A DNA stretch of 64,000 nt from Candidatus Moraniibacteriota bacterium (GTDB taxonomy: Bacteria; Patescibacteriota; Minisyncoccia; Moranbacterales; UBA9337), in assembly GCA_028695135.1 (NCBI GenBank), contig JAQVJM010000003.1:2571-66570 (forward strand), read 5' to 3'. Position 1 is the stretch's first letter. Every line of letters starts with the position of its first letter. A model generated the notes under the pieces. The model saw nothing but the letters and a program-made list of their open reading frames with translations, had not been told where the DNA came from and did no database searches. The translations under genes were made by a program, and so were the position numbers. Below are positions 10,007 to 21,726 of this stretch, in pieces.

Positions 10007-11080
10007 ATGGCGGATAAAAAAGAAAAAAAAGAGATAAAAAATATAAAATTAAGCACAATTCTTATTGGTGTTGCTGTTTTTATATCCATTCTAATGATAA
10101 TTTCATCCGTAATCGTATACGGGTTTGGCGACAGGGTTTCTTTTTCCAAAAACATAAGTTCTGTTTTTCCTATGCCTGCAATCATAATCGATAAAACAAT
10201 AATTATCACTACCAAGGAAATAAATTCCAATCTTAATTCTATCGAGAGATTCTATGAAAGCCAGGATTTTTCTTCTATAGGACTAAGAGTTGATTTTAAG
10301 ACAGAAGAAGGAAGGAAAAGATTGAAAATAAGAGAAAAAGAACTTATCAATAAGATGATTGAAGATAGGGTTATTGAAAAAATAGCCAAGGAAAAAGGGA
10401 TTTTTATCTCCAATAAACTTGTGGATGAAAGTGTAAGCAGAAAAATAAGCGAGTATGGAGGCGAGAGCGCTATAAAAGATAATCTGAAAAATCTTTATGG
10501 ATGGTCGCTGGATGATTTTAAGAAAAAAGTCGTAAGGCCTGGTTTATATAAGGAAGAGCTGGAAAAATGGTTTGCCGAAGATGAAAAGAGAGAAGAAAAT
10601 GAGGCTGCTAAAAAAATGGCGGAAGAATCTCTGGAAAGTCTGTCTTCAGGAAAAGGCTTCGCGGAAGTTGCCAAAGAAAAATCCTTAGGTTCAAATGCAA
10701 AATCGGGCGGCTATCTGGGATGGTTTAGGGAGGAATATATTGCTGATGAACTTATCCCTGCAGTTTCTTCTTTGGAGGAGGGAAAAATAAGCAAGGTTAT
10801 CGAGAGCAGGCAAGGTTACCATATAGTAAAGCTTGAGGGCAAAAAAACCGATGAGGATGGCGCGGCGCTATTTGGTATAAGCCAGATTTATTTTCCCAAG
10901 GCTTCATTTGCCGATTGGATAAGTGAAGAAATAAAGAGAGTAAACGTCAATATATTAATAAGCGGATATGATTGGGAAAGTAGAACGGGTATGGCGGTTT
11001 TTAGTGACAAAGAAATGGAAAAATTTGAAGAAAGAGTCCTGAAAGAGAATATCGAGGATGTCTCACTATTGTCAATTTGA
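10007..11080 (+). CDS. Membrane-anchored PpiC-type peptidyl-prolyl isomerase (PrsA/SurA-like)
   Basis: N-terminal TM, parvulin domain (GGYLGWFREEYIADEL...SRQGYHIVKLEG). Confidence 0.75.
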   Translation: MADKKEKKEIKNIKLSTILIGVAVFISILMIISSVIVYGFGDRVSFSKNISSVFPMPAIIIDKTIIITTKEINSNLNSIERFYESQDFSSIGLRVDFKTEEGRKRLKIREKELINKMIEDRVIEKIAKEKGIFISNKLVDESVSRKISEYGGESAIKDNLKNLYGWSLDDFKKKVVRPGLYKEELEKWFAEDEKREENEAAKKMAEESLESLSSGKGFAEVAKEKSLGSNAKSGGYLGWFREEYIADELIPAVSSLEEGKISKVIESRQGYHIVKLEGKKTDEDGAALFGISQIYFPKASFADWISEEIKRVNVNILISGYDWESRTGMAVFSDKEMEKFEERVLKENIEDVSLLSI

Positions 11081-11168
11081 TGATATTAGTTGTATAATTT
11101 CATCATATAAAAATTTATTTAATAATTAATATTTCTGAGGACGCTTATAGTCGTTATCGGAAAAAAAT

Positions 11169-11366
11169 ATGGTCAAAGTAAAAGTCGATGAAAACTTATG
11201 TATAGGGTGCGGCACGTGTGAAGCGCTTTGCCCCAACGTTTTTAAAGTTGATATGGAAACGGGAAAATCGAAAGTTATTGCTGATGAATGCGGAGACTGC
11301 AACTGCCAAGAGGCTATTGATAGCTGTCCGGTTAGTGCCATTTCGATGGTCAAAGAGGGGGAGTAA
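11169..11366 (+). CDS. 4Fe-4S ferredoxin (single-cluster, small)
   Basis: CIGCGTCEALCP ... C-terminal Cys cluster DCNCQEAIDSCP; 65 aa. Confidence 0.8.
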   Translation: MVKVKVDENLCIGCGTCEALCPNVFKVDMETGKSKVIADECGDCNCQEAIDSCPVSAISMVKEGE

Positions 11367-11413
11367 AAAAATTTCTTCCAGTTAGCCGATAGTCGAATAT
11401 CTTATCTGGAGTT

Positions 11414-12187
11414 TTGCTAATTAAATTTTTTCCGACATTTTTCGAGATGTTTTTATATATACCTGCTATATTTCAGGCAATACTATTTATCCTGAGCTTG
11501 GAGCTGCTAGCTTTTTATAGCAGATTTTTTTGGCTTTTTTTTGCTATATTCCTGGTAATCTCATTTGCTGGATTCAGAATAGTGATAAAAAAATGGTCAT
11601 TTTGGTATCTTTCAATATTATTTTTTCTTTCTGTTTGGACTATTATTCACCTGATTGATAACCACTCTGAAAAGCATGTTTTTATCTTATTGAGTTCCAT
11701 AATTTATTATTTCCTTCTTCTGGGAATATACAGATCCGAAAAAAACATAAAAGATCAGACTGCCAGAGGCATAATCTCAATGGTTCTAATGGCTTCCTTT
11801 TTCCTGTTTTTTTCCGCCAGTTACGGAATTTATCTTAATTTCAGAATTTCTTCGTGGATATTAATGCTGTTTTATTTTTTTAATGTAGCGGTGCTGAGCT
11901 ATCAATATTTTACCATTATAGAAAGACGGAAAAAGAGAATAGTATTGATTTACAGCCTTATCTTGGGGTTAGCCATGCTTGAAATGGGATGGATTGTTAA
12001 TTTTTGGCCATTCGGATATCTGACCACCGGTTTCATTCTGTTAATGTTTTATTACATCCTGTGGGATCTCGTCCAAAGTTATTTTTTGAGAAGGCTTTCT
12101 AAAAAGAAGGTTTTTGTCAATCTGATAATTTTTATTTCTATTTCGACTATGGTTCTCTCGAGTTCCAGATGGCTTCCGGCAATATAA
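11414..12187 (+). CDS. Hypothetical polytopic membrane protein
   Basis: 257 aa, ~7 hydrophobic helices, no recognisable motif. Confidence 0.45.
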   Translation: MLIKFFPTFFEMFLYIPAIFQAILFILSLELLAFYSRFFWLFFAIFLVISFAGFRIVIKKWSFWYLSILFFLSVWTIIHLIDNHSEKHVFILLSSIIYYFLLLGIYRSEKNIKDQTARGIISMVLMASFFLFFSASYGIYLNFRISSWILMLFYFFNVAVLSYQYFTIIERRKKRIVLIYSLILGLAMLEMGWIVNFWPFGYLTTGFILLMFYYILWDLVQSYFLRRLSKKKVFVNLIIFISISTMVLSSSRWLPAI

Positions 12188-12220
12188 TCTTTTAAAAAAA
12201 ATAGTTAATTACTATAAATT

Positions 12221-13384
12221 ATGTTAAAGAAAAAAATAATCAAATGGCTGGTGATAGGATTAATGATGTTTATCGTGGGAGGTTTTGGAGGATTTATATT
12301 CGACAGATATCTCATGCCTTTTTTAGGGAGTTGCAGATTTTTTTCCAAATATGATTTTTTACAAGGAAGCGGAAAGAACACCACCATAATAAGAGAAACC
12401 GAAAGAGTCGTGGTCAAGGACGATAATTCAGTAAACGAGCTGGCTTCCTCGGCGGCACAGTCCGTAGTGGACGTTTTTGCCATAACGGATATTCAAGAAA
12501 ACGCTTTTTCATCGAAATCGGATCAAAAAGAAGGAAAAAGAGGAGCTGGGACTATCCTGACTAATGATGGAGTCGTCGTCACCCATAAAAACAATGTTTT
12601 TGAAGATGAAAGTTCCAAATATTACATAACTATTTTTGATGGAAATGTTTTCGAGGCTAATTTGATAGGAGTGGATAATTTTTCCGATCTGGCTTTTTTG
12701 CAAGTGGAAGGAGTAAATCTATCAGCTGTTCCTTTTGCCAATTCTGACGATGCTATAATAGGAAAAAAGGTCATTGCTCTCGGACGTTCTTTTGGAAGCC
12801 ATCAAGTGAGCATAGCGGAGTCCATATTGAGCGATTATAATGAAATTTTCAATTTGGCGGGCAAGGAGCTGTCTTCCTCCGAAAAATTAGAAGGAGTTTT
12901 TAATTTAAGTTTTAATGTTAATGAGAACTATGTAGGCGGTCCAATAGTGGATTATAATGGGGAACTGATCGCTATTACGTCTTTTGTTGATTTTGATAAT
13001 GAAAAAGAGTATTTTCAAATACCTTCCAATAAAGTAAAAAATTCCATGAACAAAATATTCTCCGGCGAAGCGGAAAATTCCGCCAAGCTAGGGGTTTATT
13101 ATATATCTATCGATGATTATTTTTCCCGATTAAGCAGTCTTCCGATAAAGGAAGGCGCGATAATTTATTCCTCTTCCGGAAAACAGGGACTGGCTGTTAT
13201 TTCCAATAGTCCGGCGGAAAAAGCAGGCATAAAAATAAATGACATCATAGTTTCTATAAACGGAGAAAAGATCGATCTGAAAAATCCTTTATCCAGTATA
13301 ATCAACAAGCATAAGGTCGGAGATAGGATCCAGATGGAAATATTAAGAGGAAATAAAGAGATGGATCTGGATGTCCAGCTTTAG
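12221..13384 (+). CDS. HtrA/DegP-like trypsin-fold protein with C-terminal PDZ; catalytic Ser apparently replaced
   Basis: N-terminal TM; His region GTILTNDGVVVTHKNNV, Asp region DLAFLQV, but the GNSGGP position reads ENYVGGP (no Ser); PDZ-like domain GLAVISNSPAEKAGIKINDIIVSINGEKI. Confidence 0.65.
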   Translation: MLKKKIIKWLVIGLMMFIVGGFGGFIFDRYLMPFLGSCRFFSKYDFLQGSGKNTTIIRETERVVVKDDNSVNELASSAAQSVVDVFAITDIQENAFSSKSDQKEGKRGAGTILTNDGVVVTHKNNVFEDESSKYYITIFDGNVFEANLIGVDNFSDLAFLQVEGVNLSAVPFANSDDAIIGKKVIALGRSFGSHQVSIAESILSDYNEIFNLAGKELSSSEKLEGVFNLSFNVNENYVGGPIVDYNGELIAITSFVDFDNEKEYFQIPSNKVKNSMNKIFSGEAENSAKLGVYYISIDDYFSRLSSLPIKEGAIIYSSSGKQGLAVISNSPAEKAGIKINDIIVSINGEKIDLKNPLSSIINKHKVGDRIQMEILRGNKEMDLDVQL

Positions 13385-13461
13385 ATATGTATTTGGCATT
13401 TTTTATGTTAAAATTGAAAGGAAGGTTTCTAAATTAGTACGATTGGAAAAATAGAATTTTT

Positions 13462-15960
<2,499 letters not shown>

Positions 15961-15965
15961 AAAAA

Positions 15966-16859
15966 ATGAACGGTTTCAGAAGAACCAAGGTTCATTCTTT
16001 GACCTTGGGAGAAAAATTGAGAAATATCAGGAATAATAGAAGAGTGAGCCTTTCCGATATATCCAAAAATACGAGGATTCAGATCGAATACCTGGAATAT
16101 TTGGAACAGGGAGCTTATGAGAGACTTCCTGCCGATGTTTATGTGAAAGGATTTTTAAAAAGTTTCGCCGAATATCTCAATGTGGACGAGAGAGACTTGA
16201 TCAGATCTTTTGAAAAGGAAAAAAGTATCCAACAAAACATCAAGGGGGATAGTAAAAAAGAAAATCCGAAAAAAATAAATTTATCCAATTTTTCCATAAA
16301 CCCTAAAGTTATTTCGATCGTTTTCATGTCGTTATTATTTTTGGGACTATCTTTTTATTTATACAAAAAATTAAATGATTTTGTTTCCATACCGGATCTG
16401 GTAATCCTTAATCCCGAAAGCGGATCTATTATCAATGATGATCAAGTAGTGGTAAGCGGAAGAACCGATGCGGGCAATGAAGTTTTTATAAACAATCAGC
16501 CGATCCTGGTTGACGAGAACGGATCTTTTCAAGAGAATCTTATACTAAGAAATGGGATAAACATTATTACGGTGAGAAGTATAAACAGATTCGATAAAGA
16601 ATCTGTGAGAGAGATTTCCGTAGATGCTCAATACGAATCAGAAGATGCTTTTGAAAATGGAGGAGACAGGACTGAAGAAGAGAGTCCTAACCAAGAAGAA
16701 TCGAACGAAGAGGAAAGTCCGAATCAGGCTGATCCGGAAAAAGTTGATTCGGAAAGCCCGGAAAATTTGGAAAACCCGGAAAATAAAGAAAATTCCGATG
16801 TGTCAGGAGAAACAAATTCTACAGAGGAAGAAAGCGTCCCTGTGGATAACCAGCAATAA
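15966..16859 (+). CDS. RodZ-like helix-turn-helix membrane protein
   Basis: N-terminal XRE-type HTH (LTLGEKLRNIRNNRRVSLSDISKNTRIQIEYLEYLE), central TM, C-terminal acidic low-complexity tail. Confidence 0.55.
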   Translation: MNGFRRTKVHSLTLGEKLRNIRNNRRVSLSDISKNTRIQIEYLEYLEQGAYERLPADVYVKGFLKSFAEYLNVDERDLIRSFEKEKSIQQNIKGDSKKENPKKINLSNFSINPKVISIVFMSLLFLGLSFYLYKKLNDFVSIPDLVILNPESGSIINDDQVVVSGRTDAGNEVFINNQPILVDENGSFQENLILRNGINIITVRSINRFDKESVREISVDAQYESEDAFENGGDRTEEESPNQEESNEEESPNQADPEKVDSESPENLENPENKENSDVSGETNSTEEESVPVDNQQ

Positions 16860-16865
16860 AATATT

Positions 16866-16898
16866 TTGACAGAGATAGCGATAGTGATATAATATCAC
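16866..16898 (+). promoter_or_regulatory. recA promoter (TTGACA-16nt-TATAAT) with overlapping perfect palindrome GTGATATAATATCAC
   Basis: -35 at 16866-16871, -10 at 16888-16893; palindrome 16884-16898 covers the -10. Confidence 0.5.
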
Positions 16899-16948
16899 TG
16901 TGAGAAGTGAGATAATATAACAATTTAAAAATATGGCAATACAAAAAT

Positions 16949-17965
16949 ATGGCAAATAAAAAAACAGAAGAAAAAAATATTAAAGATGAAAGAACTAAAA
17001 AAGTGGAAGGCGTTGTTGATGAGATAAAGCAAAAATTCGGCGAAGGAATGATAATGAAATTGGGGGAAGTTAAGAAAGTAGATGTCGCTTCCATCCCCAC
17101 CGGTTCGGTTTCTTTGGATATCGCTTTGGGGATTGGAGGAGTTCCTCGGGGAAGAGTCATAGAAATATACGGCCCCGAATCATCCGGGAAAACTACCCTA
17201 TCTCTCCATATCGCCGCTAACGCCCAAAAGGCCGGAGGTACGGTGGCGTTTGTGGACGCTGAGCATGCTATGGATCCGGAGTACGCCAAAAAAATAGGGG
17301 TGGACATAGATAATCTCTTAATTTCACAGCCGGATGCGGGAGAGCAAGCTTTGGATATAGTGGAAACGCTTGTTTCCAGTAAGGCGGTGGATGTGATCGT
17401 AGTAGACAGCGTAGCCGCTTTGGTGCCAAGAGCGGAGATTGAGGGCGAGATGGGCGATCAGCATATCGGACGCCAAGCCAGGCTGATGTCCCAGGCTCTC
17501 AGAAAACTTACTCCGATAGTTGCCAAATCGAACACAATCGTTATCTTTATAAATCAGATAAGGATGAAAATAGGAGTGATGTTCGGAAATCCTGAGACTA
17601 CTACCGGAGGGCAGGCTTTGAAGTTTTATTCTTCGGTGAGAATAGAAGTGCGGAGAAGCGCGCAGATCAAGAAAGGTGATAAAATTGTCGGAAACAGAGT
17701 AAAAGTCAAAGTAGTCAAAAATAAAGTCGCTCCGCCATTTCGGAATACGGAATTTGATATTATGTACAACGAAGGCATTTCCAGGGGCGGGGACCTCATA
17801 GATACCGGAGTGGCGCTCGGCGTTGTCAAAAAATCAGGCAATTCATATTCTTTTGAAGATGAAAAATTGGGATTAGGAAGAGAAAAAGCCAAAGAAACAT
17901 TGAGAGAAAACAAATCTTTATTCAATAAAATCGAAAAAGCGGTTTTAAAGACTGCTAAAGAATGA
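16949..17965 (+). CDS. recA: Recombinase A
   Basis: [17 protein letters not shown] Walker A, RecA loop L1/L2 regions, full-length 338 aa. Confidence 0.95.
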   Translation: MANKKTEEKNIKDERTKKVEGVVDEIKQKFGEGMIMKLGEVKKVDVASIPTGSVSLDIALGIGGVPRGRVIEIYGPESSGKTTLSLHIAANAQKAGGTVAFVDAEHAMDPEYAKKIGVDIDNLLISQPDAGEQALDIVETLVSSKAVDVIVVDSVAALVPRAEIEGEMGDQHIGRQARLMSQALRKLTPIVAKSNTIVIFINQIRMKIGVMFGNPETTTGGQALKFYSSVRIEVRRSAQIKKGDKIVGNRVKVKVVKNKVAPPFRNTEFDIMYNEGISRGGDLIDTGVALGVVKKSGNSYSFEDEKLGLGREKAKETLRENKSLFNKIEKAVLKTAKE

Positions 17966-18015
17966 TTCACATAAAAGATATTTTACAAAGGTGCTATATA
18001 GTAACTTGATGTTTT

Positions 18016-18360
18016 ATGAAAATCAAAGGCTTTGTTATTGGCGGGAAAAATAAGGGAGAAAAGATTGGGTTTCCAACTGTCAATTTAGAATTGGATGAAA
18101 AAGTCAGTAAAGATGTGGATCCCGGGGTTTTCTCTGGAAAAGTTTTTATTGATGAAGAGGAGAAAAAAGCCGGGATTTTTATAAATTCTGACAAAAAAAT
18201 ATTGGAAGCGCATATCTTGGATTTTTCCGGAGATTTACGAGGAAGAGAGATTGAGATTGAGATTGATGAAAAGTTGCGGGATGTTATGAAATTTGAAAAT
18301 GATGAAGAACTGATTGATCAAATAGGAAAAGACGTTGAAAAAGTTAGAGATATGAAGTAA
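18016..18360 (+). CDS. Riboflavin kinase (stand-alone RibF C-terminal-type domain)
   Basis: GFPTVNL, GVFSGKV, EAHILDFSGDLRGREIEI, motif pattern of bacterial riboflavin kinase domain; 114 aa. Confidence 0.65.
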   Translation: MKIKGFVIGGKNKGEKIGFPTVNLELDEKVSKDVDPGVFSGKVFIDEEEKKAGIFINSDKKILEAHILDFSGDLRGREIEIEIDEKLRDVMKFENDEELIDQIGKDVEKVRDMK

Positions 18361-18420
18361 GGTTATAGGAGGATTTAATATATTTCTGGATCCTGGATCA
18401 AGTCCGGGACGACAAGTTGC

Positions 18421-19011
18421 ATGTTCACTGGAATAATAAAGAAAGTTTCTATAGTTGAAGAAGTATCCTTCAAAAAAGGAAGTCTTTTTGTCGAGGTTAA
18501 AAAACCATCTGGCTGGAAGATTTGGGAAGGAGGAAGTATTTCTATAAACGGAGTGTGTTCTACCGTGAGACGGTTTGATTCCAAAATTTTCGAAGTGGAA
18601 TATATGCCCGAGACGATAAAAAAGACCACCGTAGGCGGATTCAAGAAAGGAACTGTTGTGAATCTGGAAAAAAGCCTTAAAATGAATGACCTCTTGGACG
18701 GGCATTTGGTCCAGGGACATATTGATGCTAGAGGAGAGATAATAGAGAAGAAAAAAGTTAAAGAATCGGAAATTGTCAAAGTCCGGGTGCTCAAAAAATT
18801 TATGGTTTTTATCGCTCCCAAGGGATCGGTTTCCATTGATGGGATAAGCCTTACTGTTGTGGATGCCGGAGCGGATTGGTTTACTGTTTCGCTTGTAAGC
18901 TATACGATAGAAAATACCAATATGCACGCGCTAAAAGTTGGAGATGAGGTAAATGTTGAAACAGACGTGCTAGCTAAGTATCTGTACAATTTTTATAAAC
19001 AGCGCAGATAA
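18421..19011 (+). CDS. ribE: Riboflavin synthase alpha chain
   Basis: MFTGII start, two lumazine-binding repeats (SISINGVCSTV / SVSIDGISLTV). Confidence 0.85.
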   Translation: MFTGIIKKVSIVEEVSFKKGSLFVEVKKPSGWKIWEGGSISINGVCSTVRRFDSKIFEVEYMPETIKKTTVGGFKKGTVVNLEKSLKMNDLLDGHLVQGHIDARGEIIEKKKVKESEIVKVRVLKKFMVFIAPKGSVSIDGISLTVVDAGADWFTVSLVSYTIENTNMHALKVGDEVNVETDVLAKYLYNFYKQRR

Positions 19012-19099
19012 ACGCGGATCTATACGCCGATAAACGCAGATAAAAAAATAATTCTGCGTCATTCCGCGTATTTGTCAGCGCAAATCCGCTTCTACATAT

Positions 19100-19561
19100 A
19101 TGCAAAGAAAAAACAAGAAAGATAATAAAATAATTGATGGAAAAGATCTAAGAATCGGAATTATTGCGAGCGAATTTAACTGGGACATCGTAGGAAGCAT
19201 GCTTGAAGGAGCTCTGGATTTGTTAAAAAAAAATAATGTAAAAAAAGAAAGTATTAAAATTGTAAAAGTTCCGGGATCCTTTGAAATACCGCTGGCTTGT
19301 CAAAAACTTGCTCATAGTGATAAATTCGACGCTCTGATCGCTCTAGGATGCGTGATAAAAGGGGAAACCGGGCATTATTATTATGTGGCGGGAGAAGCGT
19401 CAAAAGGTGTCATGGATGTTATGCTTAAATTTTCTTTGCCGATCGGGTTTGGCATAATTACAACTGATAATTTAGCACAAGCAAAAAAACGATCCGGCGG
19501 GAAAAACAACAAAGGGAAAGAAGCTGCTGAAGCGGCGCTTAGGATGATTTTGATAAAATAA
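19100..19561 (+). CDS. ribH: 6,7-dimethyl-8-ribityllumazine synthase
   Basis: LRIGIIASEFNWDIVGSMLEGA, VPGSFEIP, GCVIKGET, HYYYVA motifs. Confidence 0.85.
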   Translation: MQRKNKKDNKIIDGKDLRIGIIASEFNWDIVGSMLEGALDLLKKNNVKKESIKIVKVPGSFEIPLACQKLAHSDKFDALIALGCVIKGETGHYYYVAGEASKGVMDVMLKFSLPIGFGIITTDNLAQAKKRSGGKNNKGKEAAEAALRMILIK

Positions 19562-19567
19562 TAAAAA

Positions 19568-19723
19568 TTTTCCCCCTTTAGAAAATGGGGCGGTCGCTCG
19601 CTTTGACTAGCGAGTGGGGGAATTGAAAAATTTTCGAAGTGAGTGGAGATAATAGATTTTTCTAAATTTTTCAAATCCCTCTGTCCCGCCTCGGCGAGAC
19701 ATCCCCCTTTTCTAAAGGAAGAG
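19568..19723 (+). repeat. Copy A of a ~150-nt multi-hairpin intergenic element (second copy at 44191-44330)
   Basis: Nested inverted repeats (cccccttt/aaaggggg; gggaattgaaaaatt/aatttttcaaatccc; gtcccgcc/ggcgagac; ccttt/aaagg) and conserved loop GTGGAGATAATAGA shared with copy B. Confidence 0.6.
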
Positions 19724-19745
19724 CTTATTTAGATGTTTTAAATTT

Positions 19746-20540
19746 ATGAAACTGATAGATGGTAAAAAAATAGCTGATGGAATTTTGGCAGAGCTTAAAG
19801 AAAAAATAAAAAACAGCGGGTTTGTTCCGGGACTGGCTGTTGTTTTGGTCGGAAACGACAAGGCCTCCCAAATTTATGTCGGACTTAAGGAAAAAGCCGC
19901 TCGGGAAGTCGGGATTAATTTTGAGAAATTTTTATTTGATGAAGATGTTAAAGAAGAAGAAATTATATCGAAAATTGAAGGACTGAATAAGAATGAAAAT
20001 ATCCACGGAATAATAGTCCAGCTCCCATTGCCTGAAAAATTTGATACGGACAAGATTATAAATGCAATTTATCCCGAAAAAGATGCCGATGGATTTCGTA
20101 ATGGCAGCAAAAATGAAAATCCGGTCTTTCCTTCTGCAATCATGAAAATGATCCGGTCAGAAAGTGGGGATATAAAGAGTGCTGTCATAATAACCAAATC
20201 AAGCAAGTTCGGGGAATCGATGCAGGGAGTTCTGGAAAAGAACAATGTTGAAAGCGATTATTTATTCTGTGATAAATTCGAAAAAGATGATTTGAGCGGA
20301 TATGATGCGGTCATTACCGCTTGCGGAATGCCGGATCTTATCGGCAGTGAGTCAGTGAGAGACGGAGCAGTCGTGATTGACGGGGGGATAAAGAAGGAAG
20401 GGAAGAAAGTTCTGGGGGACATCGATATCGAATCTTTTAAAAATACGGATTGTGCGGTTTCGCCGGTTCCCGGAGGAGTCGGACCGGTAACCGTTGCCTG
20501 TCTTTTGGAAAGCGTCTATGAGCTTGCCTTAAAAAAATAA
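19746..20540 (+). CDS. folD: Bifunctional methylenetetrahydrofolate dehydrogenase/cyclohydrolase
   Basis: MKLIDGKKIADGIL..., PGLAVVLVGNDKASQIYV, IIVQLPLP motifs. Confidence 0.85.
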   Translation: MKLIDGKKIADGILAELKEKIKNSGFVPGLAVVLVGNDKASQIYVGLKEKAAREVGINFEKFLFDEDVKEEEIISKIEGLNKNENIHGIIVQLPLPEKFDTDKIINAIYPEKDADGFRNGSKNENPVFPSAIMKMIRSESGDIKSAVIITKSSKFGESMQGVLEKNNVESDYLFCDKFEKDDLSGYDAVITACGMPDLIGSESVRDGAVVIDGGIKKEGKKVLGDIDIESFKNTDCAVSPVPGGVGPVTVACLLESVYELALKK

Positions 20541-20555
20541 AAAATGAACATATCT

Positions 20556-20579
20556 TCGTATGTTCATTCAAATATAGTG
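20556..20579 (-). terminator. Hairpin ATGAACATA-N6-TATGTTCAT followed by T-run on minus strand, about 100 nt downstream of tRNA-Leu
   Basis: Perfect 9-bp inverted repeat; minus-strand reading gives stem then TTTTTTATTTTTTT. Confidence 0.4.
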
Positions 20580-20671
20580 CCGAAGGAGGGACTTGTCCGC
20601 CAGAGACGGATTTCTGTTTGTTGCAAAATCATAGATTTTTACAAGCAGATAAAACTCTCAAATTTTAGATG

Positions 20672-20755
20672 TGCCCGGAGAGAGACTCGAACTCTCACAG
20701 TATTGCTACCATTGGATTTTGAGTCCAACGCGTCTACCAATTCCGCCATCCGGGC
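20672..20755 (-). tRNA. tRNA-Leu (anticodon CAA), type II with long variable arm
   Basis: Reverse complement folds as GCCCGGA acceptor/UCCGGGC, D-arm GCG..AGA..CGC, anticodon stem UUGGA/UCCAA loop CUCAAAA, T-arm GAGAG-UUCGAGU-CUCUC, discriminator A; no encoded CCA. Confidence 0.85.
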
Positions 20756-20806
20756 TTTTTATGTGGATTGTGTTTATTTTAAAAAAATATTATACTATAA
20801 ATAATT

Positions 20807-21592
20807 ATGGCAAAGATTATTTCATTAGTCAATCAGAAAGGCGGAGTAGGAAAAACCACGTCTGCTATCAACTTGGCGACTTATCTGGCAAATGCCGGAA
20901 AAGTTGTTCTTTTGGTCGATCTGGATCCTCAGGGGAACGCTTCCTCGGGCTTAGGGGTAAATGTCAGGGAAATCGAGAATAATCTTTATGAAGCGATGAT
21001 ATTAGGGCATAATCCTAGGGGAATAATAGTAAGGACAGATTCAGGAGGCTATGATGTTTTGCCGTCCTCCCAAGATTTGGCGGGTTCGGAAATAGAGATG
21101 ATCCATTTGGATAACCGGGAATATAAATTATACAATGTTTTAAGGCAAGTAAGAACGGATTACGATTATATAATTATAGATAGCCCTCCAAGCCTGGGGC
21201 TCTTAACTATAAACGGGCTTGTCGCCAGCGATGAAATAATCATTCCTGTTCAGACGGAATATTATGCGCTTGAAGGTCTTAGCCAACTTTTGGAAACCAT
21301 AAGCCTGGTAAAAGAAAACATTCAGCCGGACTTAAAAATAAAAGGAGTCCTGCTTACTATGTTCGACAGGAGAAACCGTTTGGCGCGCCAGGTAGTCAAA
21401 GAAGTCAGAGAGCATTTTCCCGGCCATGTTTTTGAAAGCGTCATTCCTCGAAGCGTGCGATTAGCAGAAGCTCCCAGTTTTGGAAAATCTATTCTTCATT
21501 TCGATTCTTTTTCCAAAGGCGCCAGGGCCTATAAGGGGTTAGCCAGAGAAATAATAGATATGGATGAGAGTAGCAGGGGATTTATAGTCTAG
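20807..21592 (+). CDS. parA: Chromosome partitioning ATPase ParA/Soj
   Basis: KIISLVNQKGGVGKTTSAINLA deviant Walker A; 261 aa. Confidence 0.9.
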   Translation: MAKIISLVNQKGGVGKTTSAINLATYLANAGKVVLLVDLDPQGNASSGLGVNVREIENNLYEAMILGHNPRGIIVRTDSGGYDVLPSSQDLAGSEIEMIHLDNREYKLYNVLRQVRTDYDYIIIDSPPSLGLLTINGLVASDEIIIPVQTEYYALEGLSQLLETISLVKENIQPDLKIKGVLLTMFDRRNRLARQVVKEVREHFPGHVFESVIPRSVRLAEAPSFGKSILHFDSFSKGARAYKGLAREIIDMDESSRGFIV

Positions 21593-21726
21593 CCACTAAA
21601 TTTAAAATCCTAAATAAATATAAAATTTAAATATTTAAATACAAAATTTTGAGATTTGAGATTTGTATTTTGATCTGTCCCGATAGATCAAAATTTTCAA
21701 TTTCGAATTTAAAATTCAAAGAATAT

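Noticed and set aside
18235-18927. 230-aa and 153-aa minus-strand ORFs over ribE
   Set aside because: Antisense to the well-supported riboflavin synthase gene. No signals.
20544-20982. Plus-strand ORFs 20544-20804 and 20671-20982
   Set aside because: They run through the minus-strand tRNA-Leu and into parA in another frame. Artefacts of the tRNA region.
21649-21726. N-terminal extension of parB from the ORF track start
   Set aside because: The extension translates repeat/palindrome DNA (MRFEICILICPDRSKF...). The ParB consensus N-terminus begins at MAQNYGLGRGL (21727).
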